Below are positions 17,533-24,000 of a stretch of 24,000 nt of DNA, piece after piece. The notes below the pieces were generated by a model. That model had not been told where the DNA came from. It was given only the letters and a program-made list of their open reading frames with translations, and ran no database searches. The stretch covers positions 487,761 to 511,760 of the forward strand of contig CAXBOO010000002.1 in the NCBI GenBank assembly GCA_963977425.1. Reading direction: 5' to 3'. The position numbers and the translations under genes were made by a program. Numbering within the stretch: the first letter of the stretch is position 1; every line of letters starts with the position of its first letter. Source of the stretch: an uncultured Flavobacteriales bacterium (lineage in GTDB: Bacteria; Bacteroidota; Bacteroidia; Flavobacteriales_D; Luteibaculaceae).

Positions 17533-18783
17533 ATGCAAATAAAACAAGAAGAAATACGAAGAGCTAAAGCCAATTTTGGCATCATTGGCAACAATGCCGA
17601 CCTTAACCTAGCCATAGAACGTGCGCTAAAAGTAGCCAATACCGATTTGTCTGTATTGATTACTGGTGATAGTGGTGTTGGAAAAGAAGCAATTCCTAAA
17701 GTAATTCATCATTTCAGTCAAAGAAGAAGCGAAAAATACATCGCCGTTAACTGTGGTTCTATACCAGAAGGTACATTAGAATCTGAATTATTTGGCCACG
17801 TTAAAGGTTCGTTTACGGGTGCTGAAAGCGACAGACGTGGTTATTTCGAAACCGCCAACAATGGCACAATCTTTTTAGACGAAGTTGGAGAATTACCACT
17901 AACAACTCAAGCCAAACTTCTTAGAGTATTAGAATCTGGTGAATTTCTTAAAATGGGAAGTTCCGCAGTACAAAAAACAGATGTAAGGATAATAGCTGCA
18001 ACCAACATCAATTTTGAAGAAAACATAAAAAAAGGGAAATTCAGAAAAGACCTTTATTATAGAATTAGCTCCGTCCCTATCTCATTACCACCATTACGAG
18101 AACGGGGAGATGACATCTACCTTTTATTCAGAAAATTTTCTGCCGATTTTTCTGAAAAAACAAGGCGAGAATCACTGGTATTATCCGACGATGCTATTGA
18201 AGCTTTAAAAAGGTATGCTTGGCCAGGAAACATTAGAGAACTTAAAAATTTAGTTGAACGAATTTCCATTTTAGAGACAAAGCGAAGTATAGACGCTGAA
18301 ATCATATACCGACACTTGCCTACCAGTGCATCAACTCAAATGCCCATTTTGTTTTCAAAAGAAATGGATGCTAAGAGCAATGCGGGTCTATCGGAGAGAG
18401 AAATTTTATACAAGATTTTATTTGAATTAAAAGATGACGTAACCCGTTTGAAGGAATTGGTATTCAATGCCCAAAACATATCTGGTGAAGAGAACAAATA
18501 TTCGGCAACCAATTACCCGTCGTCACCCATTATAAATTATCCATCCGATCGTCAATTAAACAGCAATTCTGATTCGGAACGAGCTACATTAGACATCGTT
18601 TCAAAAGACGCATATTTAGAAGACGAAGTTGAAGACGCTCTTAATCTTGATGACCACGAAAAAGCACTCATCATTAAAGCACTTAAAAAACACGATGGAA
18701 AAAGAGCTCCAGCGGCCAAAGATTTAGGAATTTCTGACCGTACTTTATACCGTAAAATCGATCGTTATGGCATCAAACTTTAA
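17533..18783 (+). CDS. Sigma-54-dependent transcriptional activator (bacterial enhancer-binding protein) lacking an N-terminal sensory/receiver domain
   Basis: The AAA+ sigma-54 interaction domain starts at about residue 15: Walker A GDSGVGKE, ESELFGH, GAFTGA-loop variant GSFTGA, Walker B IFLDEVGE, WPGNIRELKN. A C-terminal Fis-type HTH is present (AAKDLGISDRTLYRKIDRYGI). The ATG immediately follows the miaB TAA. Confidence 0.9.
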   Translation: MQIKQEEIRRAKANFGIIGNNADLNLAIERALKVANTDLSVLITGDSGVGKEAIPKVIHHFSQRRSEKYIAVNCGSIPEGTLESELFGHVKGSFTGAESDRRGYFETANNGTIFLDEVGELPLTTQAKLLRVLESGEFLKMGSSAVQKTDVRIIAATNINFEENIKKGKFRKDLYYRISSVPISLPPLRERGDDIYLLFRKFSADFSEKTRRESLVLSDDAIEALKRYAWPGNIRELKNLVERISILETKRSIDAEIIYRHLPTSASTQMPILFSKEMDAKSNAGLSEREILYKILFELKDDVTRLKELVFNAQNISGEENKYSATNYPSSPIINYPSDRQLNSNSDSERATLDIVSKDAYLEDEVEDALNLDDHEKALIIKALKKHDGKRAPAAKDLGISDRTLYRKIDRYGIKL

Positions 18784-18784
18784 C

Positions 18785-19294
18785 ATGGCATATTTTCTCC
18801 GACATATTTTTGTTTGGCTTATTGCTTTTAGCTTGGTAAGTTGTAGCATGTCCTATTCATTTACGGGTGCTGATATACCTGCAAATGCAAAAACTTTTTC
18901 TGTAGATTATTTTCAAAATAATTCGCCTTTAGCCGACCCTGATTATCCGCAACAATTAACAGAATCGTTAAAAGATTTAATGCTTCAGCAGTCGCCATTA
19001 AACAATGTTAGAAGCGATGGTGATTTAATGTTTAGTGGTAGCATCGATGAATTTTTTATTGCTCCAGTTAATATCTCAGGCAATGAAACAGCACAATCAA
19101 ACCGATTAACTATAAGCATCTCTGTTCAATATGTAAATGCTTTTGAAGAGGAAAAGAATTTCGAGAAACGATTTTCTCGCTTTGCCGACTTTGACAACAC
19201 TCAATCGTATGAAGCCTTAAAAGATGGACTTATATCAACCATCAATGAACAACTAGTACAAGATATATTCAACCAAAGCATTGGAAACTGGTAA
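18785..19294 (+). CDS. lptE: LptE-like LPS-assembly lipoprotein
   Basis: Lipoprotein signal [20 protein letters not shown]. Its ~170 aa size and sequence character resemble Bacteroidota LptE, and the position after the EBP gene is common in Flavobacteriia. The ORF track starts it at 18767 (a 17-nt overlap). I prefer ATG 18785, 1 nt past the upstream stop. Confidence 0.65.
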   Translation: MAYFLRHIFVWLIAFSLVSCSMSYSFTGADIPANAKTFSVDYFQNNSPLADPDYPQQLTESLKDLMLQQSPLNNVRSDGDLMFSGSIDEFFIAPVNISGNETAQSNRLTISISVQYVNAFEEEKNFEKRFSRFADFDNTQSYEALKDGLISTINEQLVQDIFNQSIGNW

Positions 19295-20268
19295 TGAATA
19301 AACACGATTTCAATCAAATATTATCGGGCAAACAAGAAGCCTCACAAGCAGATCTTTTAAGCATGGAAGCTTTGCTTAAAACCTACCCATTTTTCGGTAT
19401 TGGACAGTGTTTGTATCTAGATACACTTAGGAATCAATCATCAACACGTTACGAAAACGAACTAAGTCTAAGAGCCCCCTACATCAACAACCGTCCATTA
19501 TTAAAACGTGTTGACAATGGAACTTTCATTGTTCCTTTTTCAGAACCATTAATGGCAGATGTTTCTACTGATTTAGACCATGTTGCTATTGATGTTGAAA
19601 AACCGATTAAAGAAAAAAAGAAATCGAAAAAAGAAAAAAAGAAACTCAAAATAAAGGATAAGAAAAAGAGCAAATTAAAAAGCCTAGAGATTAAAGACGT
19701 TGAAACTAAAGATGCTGAAGAAAATAAAGTATCAGCCGTAGTAGACGAACTTATCATGAGCGAAAATGCAGGATTGCACATTTTGAACGATTTGCATTCG
19801 AAATCTACCGCTTCCGAAATAAAAATAGTAGACAAACTACCCGATAGCTCGCCTAACAATCTCACCGAATCCAAGGCTGTACCAAACAATTATTTAGATT
19901 GGCTAAAAAGCAAATCAAATAGTAACGCAGCAAAATCTAATGTTCCTACAGTAGAATCTCTAACTACGGTAAGTGACTTGATAGGAAGTAAAAAAGTAAA
20001 AGAAGATAAGAGTGAACAAGACTTGCTTAAGAGTTTCTTATCCAACAAATCGGCACAACGAGAAAAAATAAAAACCTATGATCCAAGTGAACAAATAAGC
20101 AAAAGCTTAGAAGAAGACTCGGACATAGTAACAGAAACTTTAGCCAAAATTTATACTTCACAAGGGCTGCATAACAAGGCAAAAAAGGTTTATGAGAAAC
20201 TTATCTTGCTAAACCCAGAAAAAAGCAGTTATTTTGCAGACCTTATTGACAATATAGACAAGAATTAA
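19294..20268 (+). CDS. Hypothetical protein: structured N-terminus, Lys/Ser/Glu-rich disordered centre, TPR-like C-terminus
   Basis: 324-aa ORF whose start overlaps the lptE-like stop (TAATG). The central run is [25 protein letters not shown]. The C-terminus [34 protein letters not shown] looks like a single TPR-type helix pair. I could not name a family. Confidence 0.8.
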   Translation: MNKHDFNQILSGKQEASQADLLSMEALLKTYPFFGIGQCLYLDTLRNQSSTRYENELSLRAPYINNRPLLKRVDNGTFIVPFSEPLMADVSTDLDHVAIDVEKPIKEKKKSKKEKKKLKIKDKKKSKLKSLEIKDVETKDAEENKVSAVVDELIMSENAGLHILNDLHSKSTASEIKIVDKLPDSSPNNLTESKAVPNNYLDWLKSKSNSNAAKSNVPTVESLTTVSDLIGSKKVKEDKSEQDLLKSFLSNKSAQREKIKTYDPSEQISKSLEEDSDIVTETLAKIYTSQGLHNKAKKVYEKLILLNPEKSSYFADLIDNIDKN

Positions 20269-20274
20269 TTACAA

Positions 20275-20571
20275 ATGGAAGCATTCATAACAGTACTTAT
20301 CATTATAGCATGTGTTCTTTTAGCCATGATTATCCTTATTCAAAACCCAAAAGGTGGTGGATTGGATTCAACGTTTGGTAGTGCTAGCCAATTGGGAGGT
20401 GTACAAAAAACAACCAACGTATTGGAAAAAGCTACTTGGGGTCTTATGATCGCTATAGTAGTTTTATCATTAGTATCAGCTTCATTTAACGGAAGCACTA
20501 AAGCAGTTGACAACACATTCCAAGACGAATTACCAGCACAACCTGTTGCTGCACCTGTAGAAGCAGAATAA
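20275..20571 (+). CDS. secG: Preprotein translocase subunit SecG
   Basis: Two TM helices with the conserved loop (..MIILIQNPKGGGL..FGSAS..). The size is typical of the family. Confidence 0.9.
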   Translation: MEAFITVLIIIACVLLAMIILIQNPKGGGLDSTFGSASQLGGVQKTTNVLEKATWGLMIAIVVLSLVSASFNGSTKAVDNTFQDELPAQPVAAPVEAE

Positions 20572-20593
20572 TAATTACGATTACATATTTTAT

Positions 20594-20629
20594 AAAATGT
20601 CAGTATGTCAAAATACTGACATTTTTTTT
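20594..20629 (+). terminator. Rho-independent terminator after secG
   Basis: Perfect 10-bp stem ATGTCAGTAT (20597-20606) / ATACTGACAT (20613-20622), a 6-nt loop, then a T-run. Flanking A/T residues can extend the stem. Confidence 0.85.
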
Positions 20630-20674
20630 GCCTGTTAGTTTCCTTTTCTGACACTTTTTAAGCTTTTATACGGT

Positions 20675-20690
20675 TGGCATTGAATTCGCT
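20675..20690 (+). promoter_or_regulatory. Sigma-54-like -24/-12 motif upstream of groES (speculative)
   Basis: TGGCATTGAATTCGCT against the consensus TGGCACG-N4-TTGCW. The GG (20676-20677) and GC (20688-20689) are at the canonical 12-nt register, 32 nt before the groES ATG. I found no TAnnTTTG box in this intergenic region. Chance matches of this quality are expected a few times per 24 kb. Confidence 0.25.
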
Positions 20691-20720
20691 CTAAGCCGAG
20701 CAAAACAAACTAATCAACCT

Positions 20721-20996
20721 ATGTCAGTAAATATAAAACCGTTGGCAGATAGAGTTCTTATTGAACCCGCTGCAGCTGAAGAAAAAACAGCAGGAGGAAT
20801 TTTCATTCCTGATACCGCTAAAGAAAAACCGCAACGCGGAACCATCGTAGCCGTTGGAAACGGAACAAAAGACGAGCCAATGACTGTAAAAGTTGGCGAC
20901 ACTGTATTGTACGGAAAGTACGCTGGCACTGAGCTACAATACGAAGGTGCAGACTACCTTATCATGAAAGAGTCTGACATTTACGCAATCATTTAA
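20721..20996 (+). CDS. groES: Co-chaperonin GroES
   Basis: [40 protein letters not shown].. is the canonical Cpn10 sequence. Confidence 0.97.
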   Translation: MSVNIKPLADRVLIEPAAAEEKTAGGIFIPDTAKEKPQRGTIVAVGNGTKDEPMTVKVGDTVLYGKYAGTELQYEGADYLIMKESDIYAII

Positions 20997-21018
20997 TCAT
21001 TACACTAAAACACTTTAA

Positions 21019-22665
<1,647 letters not shown>

Positions 22666-22690
22666 TACTTCAAAACATATCTTAATAACA

Positions 22691-22717
22691 GAAACCCTAC
22701 CCAAAAAGTAGGGTTTC
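22691..22717 (+). terminator. Terminator hairpin after groEL
   Basis: Perfect 10-bp stem GAAACCCTAC / GTAGGGTTTC with a 7-nt loop (ccaaaaa), 26 nt after the stop. The downstream T-tract is weak (TTAGTAT). Confidence 0.7.
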
Positions 22718-22810
22718 TTAGTATAATGCCTTCTCGTCCGTCAAACCCTTCAGTTACCCTAAAAAACGAGCAATCTATCATTGAAACACATTGTTTTGCA
22801 AAATAATATT

Positions 22811-22860
22811 TAACAAAATTTACGTCTATATCAAAAAAAATAACAAAATTTATAGACGTA
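22811..22860. repeat. Composite repeat: 12-nt direct repeat plus 10-bp perfect inverted repeat in the SusC-like gene upstream region
   Basis: TAACAAAATTTA occurs at 22811-22822 and 22841-22852. TACGTCTATA (22821-22830) is the exact reverse complement of TATAGACGTA (22851-22860). The element ends 21 nt before the ATG at 22882. Confidence 0.8.
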
Positions 22861-22881
22861 CAAAACGCAAAAATCAAAATA

Positions 22882-24000
22882 ATGAGACAAAAAAAACATG
22901 GATTGCTCCTATTGCTTTGCTTCTTTAGTATTGGCATTTGGGCACAGACTCGAACCATTTCCGGAACGGTTTTGAATGAAGAAGATAACAGCCCAATGCC
23001 GGGCGTAACTGTCATCAATCAAAACAGTAATACGGGAACCACAACAGACATAGATGGTAAGTACAGTATAAAAGTCGATGAAGTTGGAACTAAATTAAGT
23101 TTCCGTTTCATCGGCTTTTCTACAGTAGAAAAGACCGTTGGTGCCGAAAACACAATCAACGTAGGTATGGGACTAGATGCCTTAAATCTTAGTGAAGTGG
23201 TGGTAACTGGACAAGGTGTAGGTATCGACAAAAAGCGAATCGCTACAACGGTATCAACCATAACGAGTAAAGAGTTGAAAAGCATACCTGCTACTCAACT
23301 TGACCAATTGATTCAATCGAAGCTCCCTAATGCTCAGATCAAGATCTCATCTGGTCAACCAGGTACAGCATCCATAATTCGATCTAGAGGACCTGTTTCA
23401 GCCATAACCAACACTACCCCTATCATTTTCATTGATGGTATTCGTGTTGATAACTTAAACTCAAACCCTTCTTTAGGAATAGCTACAGGGGGTGCACAAT
23501 CATCCGCTATTGCTGATATTCCAATGGAAGATGTAGACCGTATAGAGTACATACCTGGTGGTGCTGCAACAACACTCTATGGAGCCGATGCGGCAAATGG
23601 TGTACTGCAAATTTTCACGAAAAGAGGAAAAGCAGGTAATAACGATGTGAATTTTGAAATCCAAATGGGTGGAATTAAAGGAACAGCCGATTATTTAAAA
23701 TACAAAGAGACAGCTGATCTTTACTTCAAACCTGGTTTCATGCAAAACTACCGACTTGGATTTACAGGTGGAGATGCAAAAACAAACTATTCATTCTCAG
23801 GAAATCTTTATCAAGATGATAGTTTCAATGACTTGAATGAAACCATTAGAAGAAACATGAGAACATCTCTTTCTACTCAGGTAAATGAAAAGCTTAGATA
23901 TTCAACATCTTTTGCTCTTTCTAACCTAGAGTTCACTAGAGATTACAATGCCAATACAAGTTTTGCTCGATTCGGTAATTTAGAAGGTGGTAGTTATGGA
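22882..24000 (+). CDS. SusC/RagA-type TonB-dependent outer-membrane receptor (3' end beyond window)
   Basis: Absent from the ORF track because no stop is reached. Translated by hand it reads MRQKKHGLLLLLCFFSIGIWAQ (signal peptide), then TRTISGTVLNEEDNSPMPGVTVINQNSNTGTTTDIDGKYSIKV (CarboxypepD_reg-like), then LSEVVVTGQG..IPATQLDQLIQSKLPNAQI..GQPGTASIIRSRG..PIIFIDGIRVDN..VDRIEYIPGGAATTLYGADAANGVLQIFTKRG (plug). The frame stays open to nt 24000. Confidence 0.9.
   Translation, partial: MRQKKHGLLLLLCFFSIGIWAQTRTISGTVLNEEDNSPMPGVTVINQNSNTGTTTDIDGKYSIKVDEVGTKLSFRFIGFSTVEKTVGAENTINVGMGLDALNLSEVVVTGQGVGIDKKRIATTVSTITSKELKSIPATQLDQLIQSKLPNAQIKISSGQPGTASIIRSRGPVSAITNTTPIIFIDGIRVDNLNSNPSLGIATGGAQSSAIADIPMEDVDRIEYIPGGAATTLYGADAANGVLQIFTKRGKAGNNDVNFEIQMGGIKGTADYLKYKETADLYFKPGFMQNYRLGFTGGDAKTNYSFSGNLYQDDSFNDLNETIRRNMRTSLSTQVNEKLRYSTSFALSNLEFTRDYNANTSFARFGNLEGGSYG

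Noticed and set aside
19479-19889. 136-aa minus-strand ORF
   Set aside because: It is the complement of the Lys/Glu-rich region, giving F/S/L-rich low-complexity sequence. It is an artefact of the A-rich sense strand.
22726-22806. 26-codon ATG ORF (MPSRPSNPSVTLKNEQSIIETHCFAK) between groEL and the SusC-like gene
   Set aside because: It has no signal peptide, no coupling to neighbours and no compositional or motif support. An ORF of this length is expected by chance.

Overview
This is an AT-rich, tightly packed chromosomal segment that looks like Bacteroidota of the Flavobacteriia type. Obvious start codons lack Shine-Dalgarno sequences, several intergenic regions carry TAnnTTTG-type -7 boxes, and the window holds T9SS/gliding genes and a SusC-type receptor. 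I call 22 protein-coding genes, two of them cut by the window edges. In order they are: a CTD-bearing T9SS cargo protein; an MlaE/MlaF-like ABC pair; an unlisted ~50-codon lipoprotein ORF coupled to a class I/II aminotransferase and a mannose-1-phosphate guanylyltransferase; and an outer-membrane beta-barrel protein. Next comes a 9.4-kb same-strand block: topA -> degenerate ureohydrolase-fold-like hypothetical -> porP/sprF -> gldK -> gldL -> gldM -> gldN, the T9SS/gliding motor core. On the other strand lie miaB -> sensor-less sigma-54 enhancer-binding protein -> lptE-like lipoprotein -> Lys-rich/TPR-like hypothetical -> secG, followed by groES-groEL and the 5' part of a SusC/RagA-type TonB-dependent receptor. 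I saw no rRNA, tRNA, CRISPR array, transposase, integrase or recognisable defence gene. This reads as a core-genome neighbourhood, not an accessory island, and I do not see a convincing novel multi-gene system. The items worth a second look are small-scale: (1) the unlisted small lipoprotein ORF; (2) the apparently catalytically dead arginase-fold-like protein between topA and the T9SS operon; (3) a -24/-12 (sigma-54-like) motif in front of groES, with an orphan sensor-less EBP 2 kb upstream; (4) a composite direct plus inverted repeat just upstream of the SusC-like gene. All family assignments come from motif recognition by eye. No database search was run.
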